A stretch of DNA of 64,000 nt from an uncultured Bacillota bacterium (GTDB lineage: Bacteria > Bacillota > Dehalobacteriia > UBA4068 > UBA4997): contig CAQWMM010000005.1 in NCBI GenBank assembly GCA_948907985.1, positions 5 through 64,004 of the forward strand, given 5' to 3'. A program made the translations under genes and the position numbers. Shown here piece by piece: positions 20,085-28,394 of this stretch; position 1 is the stretch's first letter; each line of letters starts with the position of its first letter. Under the pieces are notes generated by a model that saw nothing but the letters and a program-made list of their open reading frames with translations, was not told the origin of the DNA and did no database searches.

Positions 20085-20345
20085 CTATTTGTCATAATGA
20101 TCCTTGCAGTTGGCGATAATTATTGCGCCGTCTTTTTCCTGGTATACGATGCGATTATAGTCGTCAATACGGCGGCTCCACCAACTGCTTAACTCATCTT
20201 TCAGCGGTTCTGGTTTGCCTATGCCCTCATAGGGGCAGCGCATAATATCTTTAATCAAGGCATTGATACGTTTTAAGGTTTTTTTATCTTCTTGCTGCCA
20301 TTGGCAATATTCCTGCCAGGCCTTTTCTTCCCATAATAAACGCAT
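20085..20345 (-). CDS. yoeB: Type II toxin, YoeB/Txe (RelE superfamily)
   Basis: 86 aa; W..Y..WQ..DKK..KRIN.LIKD..R.P.EGIGKPEPLK..LS.WWSRRI...NRIVY YoeB consensus. Confidence 0.85.
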   Translation of the reverse strand: MRLLWEEKAWQEYCQWQQEDKKTLKRINALIKDIMRCPYEGIGKPEPLKDELSSWWSRRIDDYNRIVYQEKDGAIIIANCKDHYDK

Positions 20346-20350
20346 CGGCT

Positions 20351-20611
20351 TTATTCCTCCAGCAAATCATGCTCTTGTAAGTTTGCCCGGCCGGCTTCAA
20401 TATCAGCAATAACTTTTTTTAAGTATTCCATATTGCTTGGCGAGTAGAAATGATTGACGCTAACCTCAAACGGTATCCGTTGTTCGACTGCCACCTTGCG
20501 GGCAAAGATAGTGAAAGCGGTTGTCATGCTTAAACCCATTTCAGCGCAGGCTTTTTCCATTCTTTTTTTTAAATCCTCATCCATGCGAAAATTAACCATA
20601 ACCTGTGCCAT
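20351..20611 (-). CDS. Type II antitoxin with RelB/DinJ-like RHH N-terminus and YefM-like acidic C-terminus
   Basis: MVNFRMDEDLKKRMEKACAEMGLSMTTAFTIFARKVAVEQRIPFEV is DinJ/RelB-like. Immediately upstream of yoeB, 5-nt gap. Confidence 0.8.
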   Translation of the reverse strand: MAQVMVNFRMDEDLKKRMEKACAEMGLSMTTAFTIFARKVAVEQRIPFEVSVNHFYSPSNMEYLKKVIADIEAGRANLQEHDLLEE

Positions 20612-20657
20612 AGTTTTCCCTCCTTATTAAAACGCTTCTTGGGCGTTGTTCGGATAT

Positions 20658-20686
20658 ATTATAGCTGATTTTGCTTTGTTTGTCAA
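20658..20686 (-). promoter_or_regulatory. Putative promoter of the TA operon (TTGACA-17-TATAAT on – strand), with an adjacent gctttacat direct repeat (20704..20723)
   Basis: Reverse complement of tgtcaa(20681-86) and attata(20658-63) with a 17-nt spacer. Confidence 0.45.
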
Positions 20687-20799
20687 GAATTTATCTAACT
20701 ATTGCTTTACATATGCTTTACATTCTGTCAAAAATTTATTAAAAAAATTATAGAGAACAAAATTTCTATAATTTATTTTTAATTTGCCGGATAGATGTA

Positions 20800-20829
20800 T
20801 TGATTTTGGTGTGGTAGATATGGTATAAT
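20800..20829 (+). promoter_or_regulatory. Putative carAB promoter TTGATT-18-TATAAT
   Basis: tattgattttggtgtggtagatatggtataat. Confidence 0.45.
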
Positions 20830-20881
20830 AAATCAATTTGGAGTAGTTTTTTTGCATATTTTTAGAACGGGAGTGAGGTCT

Positions 20882-21958
20882 ATGCAGGAGTTATATCTGG
20901 TTTTAGAAAACGGCCAGGTATTTGCGGGCCAGTCTTTTGGCTGGCAGGGAGAAGTTACTGGCGAACTGGTTTTTACAACGGCTATGGTCGGCTATTTGGA
21001 AACGCTGACTGATCCCAGCTTTTATGGACAAATGGTTATCCAAACATTTCCATTAATTGGTAATTATGGGGTGATTCCTGCTGATTTTGAAAGCACGAAA
21101 CCACACCTTTGTGCTTATATTGTTCGTGAATGGTGCCAGGAGCCTTCTAATTTCCGTATGGAGGGTAATCTTGACACCTTTTTAATGGAAAATAAGATTG
21201 TCGGCTTATGCGGTGTTGATACGCGGGCGCTGACCAGAATTATTCGGGAAAAGGGCGTGATGAACGCTAAGATAACCGCCAACCCGGAGGTTACGCCGGA
21301 GCTTTTGGCAGAGATTAAGGCTTATACTTTGAAAGATGCCGTAAACGCCGTGAGCAGCCGCGATAAAGAGCCGGTGGGCAGCGGCCGCCGGGTAGTGCTT
21401 TGGGATTTCGGCGCGAAGAATAATATTGCCAAAAATTTGGTTAAACATGGCTGTCAGGTTATCAATATGCCGGCAGACAGCACGGCGGAACAAATTCTGG
21501 CACAGCGTCCGCAGGGTATCATGCTTTCTAACGGGCCGGGGGACCCGGCGGATAATATGCCGATTGTGGCTGAGCTGCAAAAGCTGTTGAACTCCCAAAT
21601 CCCGATGTTCGGTATTTGTATGGGGCATCAGCTGTTGGCGCTGGCCTGCGGCGCTAAAACCGGTAAACTGCATTATGGCCACCGCGGCGCTAACCAGCCG
21701 GTTAAAGATTTGCAGACCGGGCAGGTTTTTATTTCCAGCCAGAATCACGGCTATGAGGTTTTAAATGACAGCCTGCCTGCGGGGGCGCGTCTGCGTTATG
21801 TTAACGCTAACGACAACTCCTGCGAGGGCATTGATTATCTGGACAAGCCGGCTTTTTCGGTGCAGTTTCATCCCGAGGCCGCAGCTGGCCCGCTGGATAC
21901 CGGTTTTTTGTTTGACAGATTTATGGAAATGATAGACGCTAATGGGGAGGGAAGATAA
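20882..21958 (+). CDS. carA: Carbamoyl-phosphate synthase small (glutaminase) subunit
   Basis: MQELYLVLENGQVFAGQSFG; GICMGHQLL catalytic Cys; class-I GATase domain. Confidence 0.95.
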   Translation: MQELYLVLENGQVFAGQSFGWQGEVTGELVFTTAMVGYLETLTDPSFYGQMVIQTFPLIGNYGVIPADFESTKPHLCAYIVREWCQEPSNFRMEGNLDTFLMENKIVGLCGVDTRALTRIIREKGVMNAKITANPEVTPELLAEIKAYTLKDAVNAVSSRDKEPVGSGRRVVLWDFGAKNNIAKNLVKHGCQVINMPADSTAEQILAQRPQGIMLSNGPGDPADNMPIVAELQKLLNSQIPMFGICMGHQLLALACGAKTGKLHYGHRGANQPVKDLQTGQVFISSQNHGYEVLNDSLPAGARLRYVNANDNSCEGIDYLDKPAFSVQFHPEAAAGPLDTGFLFDRFMEMIDANGEGR

Positions 21959-24900
21959 ATGCCGTTAAAATCCGGTATTAAAAAAGTATTAGTGATTGGC
22001 TCCGGCCCGATTGTGATCGGCCAGGCGGCTGAATTTGATTATGCCGGCACGCAGGCCTGTCGGGCTTTGAAAGAAGACGGCCTGGAGGTGGTGTTGGTTA
22101 ACTCTAATCCGGCTACGATTATGACCGACAGCGCTATGGCCGACAAAATTTATATTGAACCGCTGACACTGCCGGTGTTAAAGCGGATTATCCGCAAGGA
22201 AAAGCCGGACAGTATTCTTTCCACCCTGGGCGGGCAGACCGGCCTGACGCTTTCCATGCAGCTGGCCAAGGAGGGTTTTTTGGCGGCTAACAACGTGCGC
22301 TTGCTGGGCGCTCGGCCAGATACGATTGAGCGTGCCGAGGACCGTCAGCTTTTTAAAGAAACCATGCTGAAAATCGGCCAGCCCTGTATACCCTCGGATA
22401 TTGTTACCAATGTGGAGGATGCGGTTAAACTGGCGGAACGCCTGCAATATCCGGTAATTGTGCGCCCGGCCTTTACGCTGGGTGGCAGCGGCGGCGGTAT
22501 TGTTAACAACGAAGCGGAACTGCGCGAAATTGCCGATAACGGCCTGCGCTTATCGCCGATTCACCAGATTTTGCTGGAAAAATCTGTGGCTGGCTGGAAA
22601 GAGATTGAGTTTGAAGTGATGCGCGATAGCAAGGGCAATAACATCACCATCTGCTCTATGGAAAACTTTGATCCGGTGGGCGTGCATACCGGCGACAGCA
22701 TTGTGATTGCGCCGGCGGTTACGCTGGCTGATAAGGAATACCAGATGCTGCGCACCGCGGCTTTGGATATTATCAACGAGTTGCAGGTGGAGGGCGGTTG
22801 CAACTGCCAGTTTGCACTGAACCCGGATAGTTTTGAATACGCTGTGATTGAGGTTAACCCGCGTGTTTCTCGCTCTTCGGCGCTGGCCTCTAAGGCCACC
22901 GGCTACCCGATTGCCAAGGTGGCCACCAAAATTGCAATCGGCTATACTTTGGACGAGATTAAAAATGCGGTTACCGGCAAAACGGCGGCTGCCTTTGAGC
23001 CGGCGCTGGATTATGTGGTGGTTAAATTCCCCAAGTGGCCGTTTGATAAGTTTGTTTATGCCAAACGCGATTTGGGAACCCAGATGAAAGCCACCGGCGA
23101 GGTTATGGCGATTGGCCTGAATTTTGAGCAGGCCTTGATGAAAGCGGTACGCGGGGCGGAAATCGGCCTGAGCGATTTGAACGCCCACCGGCAGCTGGCA
23201 ATGTCGCCGGAAGAAATCCGCGCTGCCCTGCACAGTTGCACTGACGAGCGGCTGTTTGTGATTTATCAGGCCATTAAGCAGGGCGTGGAGCTGGCCGAGA
23301 TTCATAATATCACTAAGATTGATATGTGGTTTTTGCATAAGCTGGCGAATATTGCCCGTATGGAGGCCGAGCTGCGCCAGGGTTATGACCGCGCTAAGTA
23401 TCTGGCGGCCAAGCGGCTGGGTTTCCCGGATAAGGTGATTGCCGCGCTTTCCGGCCAGCCGGTGGATGAGCCGGCGCGCGCGGTTTATAAAATGGTGGAT
23501 ACCTGCGCGGCGGAGTTTGCGGCGGAAACGCCTTATTTTTACTCCACATATGATGAAGAAAACGAGGCCGCGCTTTTCCTGGCGGAGCGGGAAAATCCCA
23601 AACCAACGATTATGGTGTTAGGCTCCGGCCCGATCCGCATCGGCCAGGGCATTGAATTTGACTATGCCTCGGTGCACTGCGTTTGGGCTTTGCAGCAGGC
23701 CGGTTATGAGGTTGTTATTGTCAACAATAATCCGGAAACGGTTTCCACCGATTTTGATACGGCGGACAGGCTTTATTTTGAACCGCTGACCGAGGAGGAC
23801 GTGAGCAATATTATTGCTACCGAAAAGCCCTATGGCGTGGTGGTGGCCTTTGGTGGCCAGACGGCGATTAAGCTGACCGGTTTTCTGGATAAGCAGGGAG
23901 TGCGGATTTTGGGTACCTCGGCTGACAGTATTGACCGGGCGGAGGATCGTGGCCGCTTTGACGAGTTGCTGACCAAGCTGAATATTCAGCGCCCCAAAGG
24001 CGAAACAGTGAAGACCACCGACGAGGCTTTGGCGGTGGCCGAGCGGATCGGTTATCCGGTTTTGATGCGCCCCTCCTATGTGCTGGGCGGCCAGAATATG
24101 ATTATTGCCTTTACGGAGGCGGATATTCGGGAATATATGGCAATTATCCTGGAGCAGAATGTGGATAATCTGGTGTTGATCGACAAATATCTGCAAGGCG
24201 TGGAGCTGGAAATTGACGCGATCTGTGATGGTGAAGATATCCTGATTCCCGGCATTATGGAACACGTTGAGCGCACCGGCGTACACTCCGGCGATTCGAT
24301 TGCCGTTTATCCCTCCTTTAATATTAACGACGATATGGTGCAGGTGATTATTGAAACCACCCGCAAACTGGCTGTGGAGTTGGAAACCCGCGGCCTGGTG
24401 AATATTCAGTATCTGATTAAAGATAATCAGCTTTATGTGATTGAGGTTAATCCCCGCTCTTCGCGCACCATTCCGTATTTAAGCAAGGTTACCGGCGTGC
24501 CAATGGTGGATTTGGCTACCCGCGCGCTGCTTGGCGAAAAGCTGGCTGATATGGGCTATGGCACCGGGCTTTATCCTACGCCGGTATACTGCGCGGTTAA
24601 GGTGCCGATTTTCTCCTTTGAAAAACTGCTGAATGTGGACAACCAGCTGGGGCCGGAAATGAAGAGCACCGGCGAGGTTCTGGGTATCGGCTCTAATTTT
24701 GAGGAGGCTATTTATAAAGGCCTGGTGGCGGCTGGCTATAATCTGGAGCAAAAGGGCGGCCTGTTCGTTACCGTTAACGACCGCGACAAGGCGGAGATTG
24801 TGCATGTGGTGAAGAAGTTCGCCGATATGGGTTTCGCGATTTACGCCACCGCCGGCACCCGCAAGGTTTTGCAGGACGCCGGTATTGAGGCGGTTTTTGT

Positions 24901-25996
24901 GGAAAAAATTCATGAGGGCGCGGAAAACGCCGTTAAATTGATGGAAGAGGGCAAGCTGAATTATGTAATTTCCACCTCGGCCAAGGGGCGCAACCCGCAA
25001 AAAGACAGCGTCATCACCCGGCGTAAGGCGGTTGAGCGGGGCATTCCCTGCCTGACCTCGATTGATACGGCTAACGTGCTGGCCGACAGTCTGCATAGCC
25101 TGTATACCCAGGAAAGTATTGAGCTGGTGGATATTAACAACCTGCGGCGCGAACTGATTAAGCTGCCTTTTACCAAAATGCAGAGCTGCGGCAATGATTA
25201 CATTTATTTTAACTGCCTGGAGCGCCAGTTGGACAATCCTGCCGGGCTGGCGGTGCGTTTGTGCCGCCGCAACCGTGGTATCGGCGGCGACGGTGTGGCG
25301 ATGATCTGCCCGTCGGACAAGGCGGACGTTTATGTTAAAGTTTACAATGTTGACGGCACTAACGGCGGTATCGGCGGCAACGCTATCCGCTGCGTGGGCA
25401 AGTATCTTTATGATAACGATATTGTGCATAAAGATGAAATCAGCATTGAAACTGATTACGGTATCAAACGTCTGAAACTGATTAAGCGCAACGGCAAGGT
25501 TTGGGGGGCCTCGGTTTTGATGGGCAAACCCCAGCTGACGCCGGCGGCGCTGCCAATGCTGGCCGCAGGCGAGGATTTTATCAATAAACCGATTGAGGTT
25601 TTGGGCAAGATTTATCTGGCGACCTGCCTTTCGGTGGGCAACCCGCATATGGTGATTTTCACCGATGATTTGGAGGCTGTGCAGCTGGAAAAAATTGGCT
25701 ATCATTTTGAACACCATGAATGGTTCCCGGAGCGGGTGAACGTGGAGTTTGTGAAAGTGTTCAGCCGGGACATTCTCTATATGCGTGTTTGGGAGCGGGG
25801 TAACGGTTATACCAACGCCTGTGGCACCGGCTCCTGCGCGGCGGTGGTGGCGGCGGTTTTGAACGGCTATTGTGATAACGGCCGGGAAATTACCGTTAAA
25901 CAGCCCGGCGGCGATTTGATCATCAGCTATGACGGCGAGAACATCAGTATGACCGGCAGCGCGGAAAAGCTGTTTGAGGGTGTTGTCGAAATATAA
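21959..25996 (+). CDS. carB: Carbamoyl-phosphate synthase large subunit fused in frame to a C-terminal DapF-like (diaminopimelate epimerase fold) domain
   Basis: 1345 aa. Residues about 1-1070 are canonical CarB (two ATP-grasp halves, oligomerisation domain, MGS-like domain ending ...ESIELVDINNL). It continues without a stop into FTKMQSCGNDYIYF...ACGTGSCAA (DapF motifs). Confidence 0.85.
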   Translation: MPLKSGIKKVLVIGSGPIVIGQAAEFDYAGTQACRALKEDGLEVVLVNSNPATIMTDSAMADKIYIEPLTLPVLKRIIRKEKPDSILSTLGGQTGLTLSMQLAKEGFLAANNVRLLGARPDTIERAEDRQLFKETMLKIGQPCIPSDIVTNVEDAVKLAERLQYPVIVRPAFTLGGSGGGIVNNEAELREIADNGLRLSPIHQILLEKSVAGWKEIEFEVMRDSKGNNITICSMENFDPVGVHTGDSIVIAPAVTLADKEYQMLRTAALDIINELQVEGGCNCQFALNPDSFEYAVIEVNPRVSRSSALASKATGYPIAKVATKIAIGYTLDEIKNAVTGKTAAAFEPALDYVVVKFPKWPFDKFVYAKRDLGTQMKATGEVMAIGLNFEQALMKAVRGAEIGLSDLNAHRQLAMSPEEIRAALHSCTDERLFVIYQAIKQGVELAEIHNITKIDMWFLHKLANIARMEAELRQGYDRAKYLAAKRLGFPDKVIAALSGQPVDEPARAVYKMVDTCAAEFAAETPYFYSTYDEENEAALFLAERENPKPTIMVLGSGPIRIGQGIEFDYASVHCVWALQQAGYEVVIVNNNPETVSTDFDTADRLYFEPLTEEDVSNIIATEKPYGVVVAFGGQTAIKLTGFLDKQGVRILGTSADSIDRAEDRGRFDELLTKLNIQRPKGETVKTTDEALAVAERIGYPVLMRPSYVLGGQNMIIAFTEADIREYMAIILEQNVDNLVLIDKYLQGVELEIDAICDGEDILIPGIMEHVERTGVHSGDSIAVYPSFNINDDMVQVIIETTRKLAVELETRGLVNIQYLIKDNQLYVIEVNPRSSRTIPYLSKVTGVPMVDLATRALLGEKLADMGYGTGLYPTPVYCAVKVPIFSFEKLLNVDNQLGPEMKSTGEVLGIGSNFEEAIYKGLVAAGYNLEQKGGLFVTVNDRDKAEIVHVVKKFADMGFAIYATAGTRKVLQDAGIEAVFVEKIHEGAENAVKLMEEGKLNYVISTSAKGRNPQKDSVITRRKAVERGIPCLTSIDTANVLADSLHSLYTQESIELVDINNLRRELIKLPFTKMQSCGNDYIYFNCLERQLDNPAGLAVRLCRRNRGIGGDGVAMICPSDKADVYVKVYNVDGTNGGIGGNAIRCVGKYLYDNDIVHKDEISIETDYGIKRLKLIKRNGKVWGASVLMGKPQLTPAALPMLAAGEDFINKPIEVLGKIYLATCLSVGNPHMVIFTDDLEAVQLEKIGYHFEHHEWFPERVNVEFVKVFSRDILYMRVWERGNGYTNACGTGSCAAVVAAVLNGYCDNGREITVKQPGGDLIISYDGENISMTGSAEKLFEGVVEI

Positions 25997-26118
25997 CCTA
26001 AAAATTTTAGAAAAAAATAAGCTAAAAAATAACAGAAAACATTTTAGCACGGCAAGTGTAATATTAATAGAAGAAAAAATTTAAGGCAAAAGAATTTGCA
26101 ATTAAGGTGGGGTTATTG

Positions 26119-26619
26119 ATGATAGAAAAGCCGGCAGAGATTGACTTGCGGCCACTGGAGCCTGTTCTGGCGGAGTATGCCGCCAAACCGGGCTCTCTGA
26201 TTACAATTTTGCAGCAGACGCAGGATATTTATGGTTATCTGCCCAAAGCGGCGCTGGCGGAAATCAGCCGGGCGGTGGGCGCAACGCCGGCCAAGGTGTT
26301 GGGCGTGGCCTCGTTTTACACCCAGTTTCGGCTGGAGCCGGTGGGGCGTTATCTGATTATGCTCTGCCAGGGAACGGCCTGCCATGTTAACGGCTCGGAA
26401 AGTATCAGCGCGATTATCAGCGAGGAGTTGGGCATTGCCGACGGCCAGACGACGGCGGACGGGCTTTTCAGCCTGAAGCACGTCGCCTGTTTGGGCTGCT
26501 GCTCTTTGGCCCCGGCCATGATGATTAACGGCGAGGTTTACGGTAATTTGACTGCCGATTCAGTCCGCAAGGTTCTGCGCGGCCTGCGTGATTCGGCTGT
26601 GTCGGAGGAGGAAAAATAA
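26119..26619 (+). CDS. NuoE/HydC-like [2Fe-2S] thioredoxin-fold subunit (StnA-like)
   Basis: CQGTACHVNGS....CLGCCSLAP cysteine pattern of NuoE-family 24-kDa subunits. Confidence 0.85.
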   Translation: MIEKPAEIDLRPLEPVLAEYAAKPGSLITILQQTQDIYGYLPKAALAEISRAVGATPAKVLGVASFYTQFRLEPVGRYLIMLCQGTACHVNGSESISAIISEELGIADGQTTADGLFSLKHVACLGCCSLAPAMMINGEVYGNLTADSVRKVLRGLRDSAVSEEEK

Positions 26620-28380
26620 ATGGCAATACGCGTGAAAATTGGTTTGGGCAGCTGTGGTATGGCAGCCGGCGCCCGACAGACGCAGACCGCTTTGGACGAG
26701 GCTCTGACGGCGGCAGGCTCGGATATTCGCAGTGAGCGCACCGGCTGTATCGGCCTGTGTTTTGCCGAGCCGCTGGTAGAGGTGGTTGACGAGGCGGCGG
26801 GACAGAGCTGGTTTTATGGCCGGGTGGACGCGGCGGCGGCGGCCAAAATTGTGGACGGCCATATTTTGGGCGGTCAGCCGCAGACTGATCTGCTGCTGAC
26901 TGATGAGGAACTGCATTTTTTACGCAGTCAGCACCGGGTGGCTCTGCGCAACTGCGGCGTAATTGATCCGGAAAATATCGACCACTATATTGAGCGGGGC
27001 GGCTATCAGGCTTTGCGCAAGGCGGTTGTGGAACTGGAGCCGGAAAAGATAATTGAGATTGTTAAAACCTCCGGCCTGCGGGGCCGGGGCGGGGCCGGGT
27101 TCCCCACCTGGTTTAAGTGGGACGCCTGCCGTAAAGCCGAGGGCGACGTGAAATATGTGATCTGTAATGCGGACGAGGGCGACCCCGGCGCGTTTATGGA
27201 CCGCAGTGTTTTAGAGAGCGACCCGCACAGCGTTTTGGAGGGCATGGCGATTGCCGCGCGGGCGATTGGCAGCAGCCAGGGCGTAATTTATGTGCGCGCT
27301 GAATATCCGTTGAGTATTCACCGGCTGGAGCTGGCGATGCGGGCGGCCAGAGAACGCGGCTTTTTGGGCCAAAATATCTTTGGCAGCGGCTGGGATTTTG
27401 ATATTTACATCAAGGCCGGCGCGGGCGCTTTCGTCTGCGGCGAGGAAACGGCGCTGCTGGCCTCGCTGGAGGGTGAGCGCGGCATGCCGCGGCTGAAGCC
27501 GCCTTTCCCGGCGCAAAAAGGTTTTTGGCAACGCCCCAGCAACATCAATAACGTGGAAACTTTTGCCAATGTGGCCTGGATTATCAATAACGGCGGAGAG
27601 GCCTTTGCCGCTATGGGAACGGCAACCAGCAAAGGCACCAAGGTTTTTGCGCTGGCCGGTAAAATTAAGCGCGGCGGCCTGGTGGAGGTGCCAATGGGTA
27701 TGACTCTGCGCGAGGTGATTTTTGACATTGGCGGCGGCGTTAAAGGCGGCGGCCAGTTTAAGGCGGTGCAGATGGGCGGCCCCTCCGGCGGCTGTATCCC
27801 GGCCAGCCTGCTGGATACGCCGGTGGATTATGAAAGCATTAGCCAAACCGGGGCGATTATGGGCAGCGGCGGTATGATTATTATGGACGACAGCACTTGT
27901 ATGGTAGATATGGCGCGGTTCTTTTTGGACTTTACGCAAAAGGAAAGCTGTGGCAAGTGTATTCATTGCCGGATTGGCACCAAACGAATGCTGGAAATTT
28001 TGGAGCGTATCACCAAAGGCGAGGGGCAGCCGGGCGATGTGGAGCTTTTGCAGGAGCTGGGGCGGCAGATTCAGGCTGGCTCGCTCTGCGGATTAGGCGC
28101 GTCGGCCCCCAACCCGGCGCTTAGCACAATTCGCTATTTTGCCGACGAGTATCGGGCGCATATTGAAGAGCATAAATGCCCCAGCCATAGCTGCCGGCCC
28201 TTGCTGCAATATCGTATTAAGCCGGATAAGTGCCGGGGCTGTTCGCTTTGCGCCCGCAAATGCCCGGTAGGGGCGATCAGCGGCGAACTGCGCGAGGTTT
28301 TTGTCATTGATATGGATAAATGTATTAAATGCGGCAACTGCGCTGCAACCTGCCGTTTTGGCGCGGTGGAAACAGTATAA
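26620..28380 (+). CDS. NuoF/HydB-like NADH-binding FMN/Fe-S subunit with extra N-terminal [2Fe-2S] and C-terminal 2x[4Fe-4S] domains (StnB-like)
   Basis: GRGGAGFPT (FMN/NADH site); CGKCIHCR (N3 cluster); CRGCSLCARKCP and CIKCGNCAATC ferredoxin motifs. Confidence 0.85.
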   Translation: MAIRVKIGLGSCGMAAGARQTQTALDEALTAAGSDIRSERTGCIGLCFAEPLVEVVDEAAGQSWFYGRVDAAAAAKIVDGHILGGQPQTDLLLTDEELHFLRSQHRVALRNCGVIDPENIDHYIERGGYQALRKAVVELEPEKIIEIVKTSGLRGRGGAGFPTWFKWDACRKAEGDVKYVICNADEGDPGAFMDRSVLESDPHSVLEGMAIAARAIGSSQGVIYVRAEYPLSIHRLELAMRAARERGFLGQNIFGSGWDFDIYIKAGAGAFVCGEETALLASLEGERGMPRLKPPFPAQKGFWQRPSNINNVETFANVAWIINNGGEAFAAMGTATSKGTKVFALAGKIKRGGLVEVPMGMTLREVIFDIGGGVKGGGQFKAVQMGGPSGGCIPASLLDTPVDYESISQTGAIMGSGGMIIMDDSTCMVDMARFFLDFTQKESCGKCIHCRIGTKRMLEILERITKGEGQPGDVELLQELGRQIQAGSLCGLGASAPNPALSTIRYFADEYRAHIEEHKCPSHSCRPLLQYRIKPDKCRGCSLCARKCPVGAISGELREVFVIDMDKCIKCGNCAATCRFGAVETV

Positions 28381-28394
28381 GGGAGGCTGGATTA

